From a virus, in the IMG/VR virus record IMGVR_UViG_3300045988_135167: DNA of 64,000 bases; one strand, 5' to 3'. A program made the position numbers and the translations under genes. The notes under the pieces are model-generated. The model was not told the origin of the DNA, made no database searches, and worked only from the letters and a program-made list of their open reading frames with translations. Numbering within the stretch: the stretch's first letter is position 1; every line of letters begins with the position of its first letter. This document shows positions 38,276 through 47,500 of this stretch, piece by piece.

Positions 38276-38773
38276 ATGATTGAAGCTAAAGAAACGCCGC
38301 ATCAACTGACGTTGCATCATTTAAACGATGTAGTTCAAATCGTGGGAAACCGTTTCATGTCCTACGAATGGAAGGAAAAAGACCGCATGATCAACCTGCA
38401 TGTGCGCCCGGAAGTGGCATGGGACCTGATGAAACTCCTGCGTTCGCAGGGTTACCGCGTCAAATGCCGCGTTGAATCCAGGTTCCGGAAGCCCGCCATG
38501 GTGCTTTCCACCTCATTGAATGGCCGCTCCGGCAAGTCGGTAGCCTATGCCCGCCGGGCCGCGGAGCTGGCCTCCCAGTTTGAAGTTGACTCCCCGCAGG
38601 TACTCTTTAAAAAGCGGAGCGTGGAGCTTTCCTTCTGCGGGAAGGAAGACCTGGAGCGCATCATGGCCCGCATGGTGGATGCGCTGGATGAACTGGGGCA
38701 TGCCCGTCTGCTGAAGGAAGCCTGTCAGGGGACCCTTGGCCGCGAGTTCGTTTACACCATTATTTGCGATTAA
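38276..38773 (+). CDS. Early hypothetical protein, 165 aa.
   Basis: ATG 9 nt after CCAATAGAAAGAACCA. Hairpin CCGGGAAGC-CTGAA-GCTTCCCGG at 38184-38206. Confidence 0.45.
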   Translation: MIEAKETPHQLTLHHLNDVVQIVGNRFMSYEWKEKDRMINLHVRPEVAWDLMKLLRSQGYRVKCRVESRFRKPAMVLSTSLNGRSGKSVAYARRAAELASQFEVDSPQVLFKKRSVELSFCGKEDLERIMARMVDALDELGHARLLKEACQGTLGREFVYTIICD

Positions 38774-38800
38774 AGCTCATGAAGACTAGCAATCAATCCT

Positions 38801-39142
38801 TTGAGTCAGGGGACTTTGTGGAGATTACATTCTCCGGACACATTACTGGATATGATCCGAGTTCGGATTATCCCTACACAGTTATCTTTACTGCCGCAGA
38901 TAGTAGTGAAAATCTTAAAGCTGGACCCTTCAAATGAATGGTTCCAACATGAAGCCCATGAACTTCGCTGTCTGGTAATCAATTCCGTGATAGCCGGGTT
39001 TCTGGCATGCGGGTGCGTCCTGGCCGCTATCGGCGGTTATTGGATTAACTTTTTAATTGATATTGGAATCCTGTCTGTTCTTATATTGACTATTAGCAAC
39101 CATTTAAGTTACTTCAAAAAGCATTATGACGAAGTCTATTGA
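38801..39142 (+). CDS. Possible small membrane protein. The start is unclear, and a 52-aa ORF (38779..38937) overlaps in another frame.
   Basis: Hydrophobic segment VINSVIAGFLACGCVLAAIGGYWINFLIDIGILSVLILTI. Confidence 0.25.
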   Translation: MSQGTLWRLHSPDTLLDMIRVRIIPTQLSLLPQIVVKILKLDPSNEWFQHEAHELRCLVINSVIAGFLACGCVLAAIGGYWINFLIDIGILSVLILTISNHLSYFKKHYDEVY

Positions 39143-39527
39143 AGACCTCAAGGACTTGCCTCAGGAACGGGAGTTCCAGGTGGAGTTCGGACCCTACCAA
39201 ATCATCGGCAGGTTCCAGGATGGGACCTATGAGGGCAATGAAGCCCTGATCCAGGTAGCCCGGAGCTATGCGGCGGCGTTGTTCTGTTGCGCCTTCATTG
39301 AAAAGCTCAAGGCGACTTCCAAAATCATGATGAAGCTGGTTTCTGAAGCCAGTTCGGCCATAAACAAGGCGGCTCCCGGAGTCAGCATCAAGGAAGGGGA
39401 GTTTGATCACCACAAAAAGAACTTCCGCATGCGCCTTCTCCTGCCACAGGGTCCCCCCTCATTGAAGATTCGTGTTTACGGACTCAGGGGACGTGCCAGA
39501 ACCATTTACATTAACACTTCGATATGA
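39126..39527 (+). CDS. Hypothetical protein, 133 aa.
   Basis: ORF. Confidence 0.4.
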   Translation: MTKSIEDLKDLPQEREFQVEFGPYQIIGRFQDGTYEGNEALIQVARSYAAALFCCAFIEKLKATSKIMMKLVSEASSAINKAAPGVSIKEGEFDHHKKNFRMRLLLPQGPPSLKIRVYGLRGRARTIYINTSI

Positions 39528-39814
39528 ATTACAAAGACATAGGAATACTACTCCGCAACTGTTATGAAAGCTCCCTGTCCCATGGGAGCATCCGCACCCT
39601 GATTGCGTGCAGTGACGGTGAACCCAAATCCGTGGCAGAAGTGGCCATGGAAACCGGGACCCAGACCAACACGCAGGGAATCGACCTGATGAACCTGCAC
39701 CTTCAGGGCTACCTGAAACGCCATGGCAAGGTCCGCAGTTACAGGTACTCCATCACCTCAAAAGGCAAGAGGTTCCTTGCCATTACCCTGGATGCAACGC
39801 CGGACGCTTACTGA
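39524..39814 (+). CDS. Winged-helix (PadR/MarR-like) DNA-binding protein, 96 aa.
   Basis: KSVAEVAMETGTQTNTQGIDLMNLHLQGYLKRHGKVRSYRYSITSKGKRFL, a helix-turn-helix plus wing pattern. Confidence 0.4.
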   Translation: MNYKDIGILLRNCYESSLSHGSIRTLIACSDGEPKSVAEVAMETGTQTNTQGIDLMNLHLQGYLKRHGKVRSYRYSITSKGKRFLAITLDATPDAY

Positions 39815-40142
39815 AAGCTACCAGTGGTTGCTGGACCACACGCGCCTGAAGGTTGCTGAAGACTACCTGCTCTTCGTGTACAACCTGCTGACCTGGGATC
39901 GCCGCCGGGAAGAACCCTTCGATGAAGAACTGTTCTGGGTTGTCCGGATCATCCTCATTGAAGGAAAGGTCCGGGACCTAGTGGAAAAGGGAATCAAGGA
40001 AGGCCGCAACCCCGGCCACCTGGCCCTGGAATGCGCCATTTACTACGCCGAAAAAGACACGGAATTCAATAATCAAATCCTTAACCTCAAAGAATTATAT
40101 GACAGAATCACAGCTAATGGAACTTCGGGAGCTGATCATTAA
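39723..40142 (+). CDS. Hypothetical protein, 139 aa.
   Basis: ORF overlapping its neighbours. Confidence 0.35.
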   Translation: MARSAVTGTPSPQKARGSLPLPWMQRRTLTESYQWLLDHTRLKVAEDYLLFVYNLLTWDRRREEPFDEELFWVVRIILIEGKVRDLVEKGIKEGRNPGHLALECAIYYAEKDTEFNNQILNLKELYDRITANGTSGADH

Positions 40143-42042
40143 AGCGAACGAAGCCTACTATCGGGACAACAATCCCACCATGCCGGACTACGACTACGAC
40201 CAGCTGATCATGCGGTTGCGAGGCGAATGCCCGGACGATCCCCTTCTGAACCGGATCGGGGATGACCGGAAAAACGGAGCCAAGGTGCGCCACCCCTTCC
40301 CCCTGCTTTCCCTGGACAACGTGTATGAAAAAGAAGGCGACGACCAGATGGCCCTGGAGTTGAAATTGCTTCAGCGATTTTCCTCGGAACCCCTGCTGGT
40401 TGTTGAACCCAAGGTGGACGGTCTGACCTTGATGCTCTGCTATGAAAAGGGCAAGCTGGTCTCGGCGGCTACCCGCGGCAACGGCCTGGAAGGAGAGGAC
40501 GTGCTGGAAACTGTCCGGAAGTATGTGAATGGCATTCCCGGAGAGATCAGCGAAGAGATTACGGTCTTCATTCGGGGTGAAGTTTTTATCTCGCTGGATG
40601 AAGACCTTCCGGAAGGCTACACCAGCTACCGCAATGCCGCTTCCGGCCTGTTGCGAAAGAAAGGGGCCGACCCCAACAAGAACCTGCTTTCCTTCCTGGC
40701 CTATGACTGCTGGTATCGCTACCAGGATGGCCGGATTGATTCGGTGATGGTGGACCGGAGGGGCAACGAAACCTTCTTCCACAGCGAGGGCATCGGTTAT
40801 GTCCCTTCCTTCCACTGGCATAGCCGGGTTCCCAGCTCCACCCCTTTCAAGCACATGATGGATTGCTTCAGGGAAAACTACAACCTGCCCATGGACGGGC
40901 TGGTCTTCAAGATCAATGACCTCTACGAAGCGTCGAAGTGTGAATCAACGTCCCACCATCCCACGCACAGCTATGCGCTGAAGTTCATTCCGGAATCCGT
41001 TGAAACCACCATCACGGACATCACCTGGCAGGTGGGACGCACCGGGGTGGTCACGCCTGTGGTCTGGTACGATCCGGTGGTCCTGGACGGGGCCGAGTGC
41101 CGAAAATGCACGGGATTCAATCCGGAGCAACTGGCGGTTCGCGGCATCGGGCCGGGAGCCGTGGTCCGCGTGATGAAAGCCGGGATGGTGATCCCCTATA
41201 TCCAGGAGGTCAAGACCAAGGCTGAACTGAACCTGCCTTCCAGCTGTCCGGAGTGCGGGACTCCGCTTCACTTCAACGGACCCATGCTCCATTGCCCCTC
41301 CCAGGCTTGCCCGGCCAAGCTCCATGCCGCCCTGGAGTATGCGCTGGGGAAAAATGCGCTGGATGTGAAGAACATCGGACCCCAGTACCTGAAGGAGTTC
41401 CTGGACCAGGCCCGCAAGGAGCATGAAGAAGATGGGTTGATGATGGTTTCCCGGATGGACTACTGGTTCCAAATCTTTGAGAAGGTCCACCTTCTTACGC
41501 CCCGCATGCGTAAGTGCTTTGATGAGGCAGTGCCAGGGTTCACCCTGTCAAAAATGATCGCGGCTCTGGGCATTCCTTCCATCGGCAAGGAGAAGGCCCG
41601 AATCATTGCCCGCAGGTTCAACGATCTTGGGGCCTTTATCCAGCTGGCCGGAAGCGTATCCCTATCAGAATACTCGGATTTAGGGGAAGCCGCTTACAAG
41701 TCACTGGAGAACTATTTGAAATCCAGTGAGTTTGAATACTTCAAGACCCTTTACTATTCCGCTTTGATTCCCAACGTGCCCGGAGACCTGGCCCAGGGTG
41801 ACTCGCTGAAGGGATTGACGTTTGTGATCACAGGCTCCTTCCCCAAGGACCGATCCTATTATGTGGCCCTCATTGAAAATGAAGGGGGAGCCGTGAAGAA
41901 CAGCGTCAGTGCCAGGACCTCCTACCTGATCGCCGGGGAGAAGGTGGGCAAGACCAAGACGGAAGCGGCCCGGCTCAAGGGAGTCCAGGTCATTTCCCTG
42001 GAGCAGTTCATGAACCTCATGCAGGAAAGGAAGGCCCAATGA
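40099..42042 (+). CDS. ligA: NAD-dependent DNA ligase, 647 aa.
   Basis: Adenylation motif VVEPKVDGLTL (KxDG); Cys4 zinc finger CPECGTPLHFNGPMLHCPSQACPAK; C-terminal BRCT-like LKGLTFVITGSFPKD. Confidence 0.8.
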   Translation: MTESQLMELRELIIKANEAYYRDNNPTMPDYDYDQLIMRLRGECPDDPLLNRIGDDRKNGAKVRHPFPLLSLDNVYEKEGDDQMALELKLLQRFSSEPLLVVEPKVDGLTLMLCYEKGKLVSAATRGNGLEGEDVLETVRKYVNGIPGEISEEITVFIRGEVFISLDEDLPEGYTSYRNAASGLLRKKGADPNKNLLSFLAYDCWYRYQDGRIDSVMVDRRGNETFFHSEGIGYVPSFHWHSRVPSSTPFKHMMDCFRENYNLPMDGLVFKINDLYEASKCESTSHHPTHSYALKFIPESVETTITDITWQVGRTGVVTPVVWYDPVVLDGAECRKCTGFNPEQLAVRGIGPGAVVRVMKAGMVIPYIQEVKTKAELNLPSSCPECGTPLHFNGPMLHCPSQACPAKLHAALEYALGKNALDVKNIGPQYLKEFLDQARKEHEEDGLMMVSRMDYWFQIFEKVHLLTPRMRKCFDEAVPGFTLSKMIAALGIPSIGKEKARIIARRFNDLGAFIQLAGSVSLSEYSDLGEAAYKSLENYLKSSEFEYFKTLYYSALIPNVPGDLAQGDSLKGLTFVITGSFPKDRSYYVALIENEGGAVKNSVSARTSYLIAGEKVGKTKTEAARLKGVQVISLEQFMNLMQERKAQ

Positions 42043-42323
42043 ACGGGGTAAAGTGTCCGTTGTGCGATCAGGGAGTAAAAGCTTTTTTATGTCCGGAAGC
42101 AGAGGATTTGTGGAAAGCGGGTTGTTTCACTTGTCAATGGGAGACATCTTTTACCTCCACCACAAAGCAGAAGGCTTTACAAAAAGCCAAAGAGTTCATT
42201 GCCAAGTTCCCTCCGCTTATGCGGGTAAGCCCCGGTGATAAAGTTATTATAGGCCCTAATTATGTTGAGTCAATTAAAGCCCATGAAAAGGAGATTGAAT
42301 TAAGAGACATTGAAAAAGAATAG
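42039..42323 (+). CDS. Zinc-ribbon protein, 94 aa.
   Basis: CPLCDQ...CFTCQW. Confidence 0.4.
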   Translation: MNGVKCPLCDQGVKAFLCPEAEDLWKAGCFTCQWETSFTSTTKQKALQKAKEFIAKFPPLMRVSPGDKVIIGPNYVESIKAHEKEIELRDIEKE

Positions 42324-42579
42324 CTTTATGGAAACATACGATAGAAACCCGAAGTATCCGATGAACCGTGATGAAGCGTTTGATTTGATCAAGCGCAACA
42401 AGCGGACCGCCGTAGCCACGAAGTGGGGAAATGGTGAAGCCTGTTTCTTTTATGGAGCAGACGGCCATACCCTGTGCATGAAGCTCCCGGACCTGGACCC
42501 GTGCATCATGGAACCCCTGGTCCGGATGCACTTCCTCACCTCCTACATGTTCCGGGAACTGGACTCCATCCCCTGTTAA
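42310..42579 (+). CDS. Hypothetical protein, 89 aa.
   Basis: ORF. Confidence 0.35.
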   Translation: MKKNSFMETYDRNPKYPMNRDEAFDLIKRNKRTAVATKWGNGEACFFYGADGHTLCMKLPDLDPCIMEPLVRMHFLTSYMFRELDSIPC

Positions 42580-42583
42580 AGCC

Positions 42584-43321
42584 ATGCCCTATGTTCCAAG
42601 ACCCCCGCTGATCCGGACTCCCAAGGCCAAGAAAAAGCGCATGGCCGCTTCACGGAACCGGAAGTACCGCCGGGAATACAAACGCCGCAAAAGGGTTGAA
42701 GAGATCGCCCGCCGCCTGGAAGCCGGGGAGACTGTGGACTCCATTGTCCGCGCTCCGATGACTCCGGCTGAAAGGAAGAAGAATGAAGCCATTAAAAAGA
42801 AGGTGGCGTCTTCCACTCTGACGGTGGTCAACAAGGTGCTGGCGGCCAAGCGCAATGAAACGGGGAGGCTCACCGGGAAGGGGAGACGGGCCGTCAAACT
42901 GTTGGCGGCCCGCACCAACCGGAGGTATGGGGCCGACGGATTGAGCGACTACCTGTACGAAGAAGTCACCCGCTTTGACAACACATCCCAGATTTTGTAC
43001 GACAAAAAGGGGATGTGCTTCAAGGCCAAGTTCTGGATTCCCATGAAAGGGTTCGCCCCCTACTTCTTCCTGGTCCAGCTGAGGCTCTACCCGGATGCCC
43101 GGATTGCCTATGAGGAAACCCAGCGGCTTCACCTGGTAGGCATGCGCCTTCTTCGCCGCTACTTCCTGAAGGGCAAGGAGGTGGACAACCCCACCAATGA
43201 AGAGATCATCCGGTTTAAGAAGATGATGCGCCGCTTCCGTGAATGCTCGGCCCTGCGCTACCGGATTCCCTGCTCCCGGTTCAAGGGATTCAGACTCCTG
43301 CCCCAGATGAAAAAGTATTGA
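42584..43321 (+). CDS. Hypothetical basic protein, 245 aa, with an Arg/Lys-rich N-terminus.
   Basis: ORF. Confidence 0.4.
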   Translation: MPYVPRPPLIRTPKAKKKRMAASRNRKYRREYKRRKRVEEIARRLEAGETVDSIVRAPMTPAERKKNEAIKKKVASSTLTVVNKVLAAKRNETGRLTGKGRRAVKLLAARTNRRYGADGLSDYLYEEVTRFDNTSQILYDKKGMCFKAKFWIPMKGFAPYFFLVQLRLYPDARIAYEETQRLHLVGMRLLRRYFLKGKEVDNPTNEEIIRFKKMMRRFRECSALRYRIPCSRFKGFRLLPQMKKY

Positions 43322-43352
43322 CAATCGAATCATAGCACATAGAGAAAAGAAA

Positions 43353-43787
43353 ATGAAACCTGACATTGTAAATCACCCGCCCCATTACACCAGCCATCCA
43401 AGCGGCATGGAATGTATCCAGCTCTCCCGCTTGTTCCCCTTCTCCCTGGGCAACTTCATCAAGTACCTGTGGAGAAGCGGGGAGAAGGATGATGTTCAGC
43501 AGGAACGCCGGAAAGCCCGGTGGTACTTGGCTGATTACATGGACAATATGCCGGACATCCGGTTTGATATAGACCCTATCATGGAACTGTCCCAGGAGTT
43601 TATCTCTCGAATGGAGGGAAAACCCATGCGTCCCGAAGATGAAATCCTTGTTAATTTCTTCAAGGGTTTTGCCGACAATTCCGGATCGGATGTCATGCTC
43701 AATAACTTTCTGGGTCCCATCTTTGAGGACCTGGATCAACTCATAGAAGACAACGAAGATGATGCACCACAAACTGCAAATCAATAA
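43353..43787 (+). CDS. DUF3310-like phage protein, 144 aa.
   Basis: PHYTSHPSGMECIQL...GNFIKYLWR pattern (HYxxxxxxIE...GNxxKY) recalled from phage DUF3310 proteins. Confidence 0.35.
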   Translation: MKPDIVNHPPHYTSHPSGMECIQLSRLFPFSLGNFIKYLWRSGEKDDVQQERRKARWYLADYMDNMPDIRFDIDPIMELSQEFISRMEGKPMRPEDEILVNFFKGFADNSGSDVMLNNFLGPIFEDLDQLIEDNEDDAPQTANQ

Positions 43788-43971
43788 GGAGTATATCTAC
43801 CATCCCAACCGGACCTATTTCCGGAGCTACAATATCCCGAAGGGTTCCCTGGTAAAAACGCTGGCGGTCGAAGCCATCGGCACTAGGGAATACTACGTCG
43901 TCAAGACCGTTGAAAAACCCGTGAAATTCGGGATCGTCCTTGGAACCCAGCTGAAAGAAGATGAAGAATAA
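43759..43971 (+). CDS. Hypothetical protein, 70 aa.
   Basis: ORF. Confidence 0.3.
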   Translation: MMHHKLQINKEYIYHPNRTYFRSYNIPKGSLVKTLAVEAIGTREYYVVKTVEKPVKFGIVLGTQLKEDEE

Positions 43972-44188
43972 AGGTGAACCATGCCCCCTTTGTTCCTGGC
44001 CTCCGGAGGTTGTCCGGATTGACCCGGCCAAGACCGACTGGTTTTTATACGGTTGTACAAGATGTGGATTTTATGTTGAGCCTCAAGAGTTAAACTGGAA
44101 TAATCCGATGAAGGCAAAGCATAGTCTCAACCATGTTAAAAAGAGATGGATGGCACTTGTGGAGAAAATAAAGCATGAAAAAGATTGA
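43961..44188 (+). CDS. Zinc-ribbon protein, 75 aa.
   Basis: CPLCSW...CTRCGF. Confidence 0.35.
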   Translation: MKNKGEPCPLCSWPPEVVRIDPAKTDWFLYGCTRCGFYVEPQELNWNNPMKAKHSLNHVKKRWMALVEKIKHEKD

Positions 44189-44486
44189 TGACTCCTATGC
44201 CCATGACGGCTACCAGTGTCAGTTGGTGCGCCGGGAAGGGAAGTTCGCCCTGTTCAAATGCACCAAGGGCCGCGGATGTGACTATGAACTTCTGGTCATC
44301 CGCACCTACAAGAAAGACAATTCTTTCACCAACACGTTTGCCGGGGACGAATACCGCCCGTCCACCAGCGAGTGGGGACGCTACGGCTGGTCCTACCCCA
44401 CGCTGGAGAAAGCGCAGGAAGCCATGAATAAAAAACTGGCTGAAGAAGATAAGCTTGACAAAACGGCTTGCGTCCGGGAAGAGTAG
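44175..44486 (+). CDS. Hypothetical protein, 103 aa.
   Basis: ORF. Confidence 0.35.
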   Translation: MKKIDDSYAHDGYQCQLVRREGKFALFKCTKGRGCDYELLVIRTYKKDNSFTNTFAGDEYRPSTSEWGRYGWSYPTLEKAQEAMNKKLAEEDKLDKTACVREE

Positions 44487-44528
44487 GTTCTTCCATCTTG
44501 ACTTCATGGTTGGTTCGGTTAGGATGGT

Positions 44529-47500
44529 GTGCGTCAGATTAACGGCGCGCACCATCCTTTTATTATGGCTATTGATTATTCCAAGTTAAGACCTTCCGAC
44601 TTTCGACCGGAAAGAGATTCAGAGTTCCGGGCTGAAACCAATTTCCTTCAGCGGCAGGAGGACCGATCCACCCGGCTCCAGAAGGAAGAGGGGCAAGCCC
44701 AGGTCGAAGCCGAAGAACCGCTGGCCAAGTTTGAACAGGAGCTGGCCAAGACGATTGAACGGAATCGGAAGAATGCCGAGAGTGCGGAAGACCGCCAGCT
44801 CCGGTTGACCCGCCAGCAACAGGCCGACATTGACAAGGAAACTTCCAAGTTCGTGGCCACCACCACACGGGAGGACCGGGCCACGACCCAGGCAAACCAG
44901 AAAGCTGAGAGCAGGTTGGCCGCGCTGGGAAAAACCGGGAGAAGCGGTCTGGTATTCAATACGATTGAAGAGGCCGAACAGTATAACAGCCGTCCGGATA
45001 CTGACTTTGTTGACTATGTGTCAGGAGGCGCGGAAGCTTTCCGCAACAAGGCTTCTTCCCTGGGCCTGTCCGTGGTTGATCCGGCTTCCCTTCCCCAGCC
45101 TGTCAAGACCCGGCCAGCCCAGCAACGGGGAGATGAATTGACCGGGACCATGCTCAAGCGCAGTCCCTATGGTATAGCCGTCGGCAGTGATGGAAGCATT
45201 GTGGTCTCCGACAAGTTCATGCAGTTCGCCCTGAACCCGGACCTGGACCCGGCGACCCTGGCCAAGAATATTTCCCGAACATTTGATGCGTTTAAAAAAG
45301 AAGCCAATCCCACGCAGAACCCAAACAGCGAGATCAATTCACGCAACCTTGCACCCGAAGACATTGAACAACAAATCAGAACCCTCCGGGCCAGTGATGT
45401 CCGGACCCGTGATTCCGTCCGGAAAATCCTGCAAGAGCGGCAGGACGCGCTATCAAAGTACAAAGCAAGAGAAGAGAAGATTCAGCAAATCCAGGGTGGA
45501 AGCCCCGGCCAGCAAACTCAACGGCAGGAAGGAACCCCGCAAGTGGGGGAGCCGCTTGGAGGTGGCGAATCTTCTGAACTCACGTTCGTCCAGAACGTCA
45601 TCAGCCAGATCGACCGCCTCCGCACCGAGCCGGAACTTGCCGCTGAAGCCTTCGGGGAACAGCTCGCCGGACAGACAGACGCACAATCCGTAGCCCAGCG
45701 CGGAGCGGTGGCCGATGAATTGCAGTCGGCAATCGACCAGCAGGAGCGTTACAAACGCACGGAGGAACTGGCCGCCCGCATGCGGCTGATTGAAGAGAAC
45801 AAGGACAAGCTCGCCGAATCGCTGGTGCGCCAATCGCCCAACCTGGAATTCAGAACCATCCGCAAGGAGCTGGATGATGACAGCTTGATGGCCAATGAAG
45901 CGTTGGAGCAATGGGTCGTGAACCGTGGATTCCCTTTGACTCCGCAGGAAGCCGACATTATTAACAGCCGCTCCAATGAACTCTCCGCAAACGCGGCAAT
46001 CGCCGATGACTATGAGAAGGCCAGGGACCAGGCGGTGAGGGAATATCTCAAGTCCCAGGATGCGTCGCTGGATGACCGGGGCATTGATACCATGGGCCTT
46101 CAGCACTATGCCATGCGGCACATGGGCCAGCTTGACCAGGACAATTCCCCGGAGCGCGTGGCCAGGGAAGCCCTGCGCCATTGGGCCTCGGAGGCCCGGC
46201 AGATTTTTGGCGGCCAGGCGTTTGAGTCCGACCAGATGGTCAACCCCCTGGATGCGTTGCAGTGGGTCCACCGTCCGGAGACCGGGAAGTATATCCTTCA
46301 ATTCATTGATCCCACCACCAAGGAGGGGTATGGCAACGGCTATGAAGTGGACTTCATGGGGGTGCATGACAACGCCCGCCGCCTCGGCGTTACACCGGAA
46401 CAATACCTCGACGCTTTGGCCCTCCCCCTGCGCCAGGGAAACCTGGGTGACAGCCGGGACACCAACACACTCTTCGCTTATGATCCCATTAACCAGGTTC
46501 TTGTGGAAAATGCAACGATTGGGCAGGGCAATTCCGCAAGCTATTTTGATGATGCCCTGCTTGAGCGCAGTATTGAACAGGCCCGGAAAGCTGGCGCGCC
46601 GCAAGAGCAAATTGATGCGACCGTCAAAGAGGTCCAGCGCGTCCGGGATGAAGCGAGCCGTATCGTGGTCTCGGACCTCCTTCAGGAGTCGGATGCCATG
46701 GCCCTGGTCAGCGACACACCGCTTGAGGGGATCATCCCCCAGTCGGTCAAGGACAGCATCCAGGCATCCACGGCTGTCAATTTCCGGCAGTTCTATGACA
46801 TTGAAAAGAAAGCGGGCAAGGATGATCAGGAGATCATCCGGGACTACATGTCCGATGTGAAGGACAAGAAAATATCCATGGGGGTCAACATGGCCCTGGC
46901 CCGCTGGGAGAATCAGTGGAACCGCATCAAGCTGGCTTCCGAACAGTGGACCAAATCCGCGCTCTCCCTGCTCCCCGGAGTCAACCTCAACGAGGGACAG
47001 GGCCAGCGGTATGCTTCCGAATGGGAAGCCTTGAACAAGCGTGACCAGCTGATCACTTCTGCCGTGGGACGCGCCGGGTCCGTGGCAGAGTGGACGGGAG
47101 AATTTGGATCACTGGCTCTCCAGTTGGGAGAGTCTGCAATCTCAGGGGGATTGGGTTCCCTGGCCGGACGCGGGGCGGCCCGGCTTCTGGCCACCCGCGC
47201 CGCAACGATTGCAGGAACCAGCGTGGCTCTCCGAAGTGCTGAAGTGGTGGGAGCCGTAGCCCGGCCCGGAATCACCAGCCGCATCGGGCAGGGAGTCACC
47301 CGGCTCCTGACAACGGAGTCTGCAACCCTGGCCCGGCTCGGAGCCGGGACGGCCAACTCCATGTACATTGCCATGCAGAGCATGCCCCAGACCTACGGGG
47401 ATGTCTTCACCCACCGCTACCAGCAAGCCAGGGAGATGATCAACAACGATCCCCTCACCCGGAACATGGCCGAAGGAATGAAGGACGAGCTGGCCCAGAA

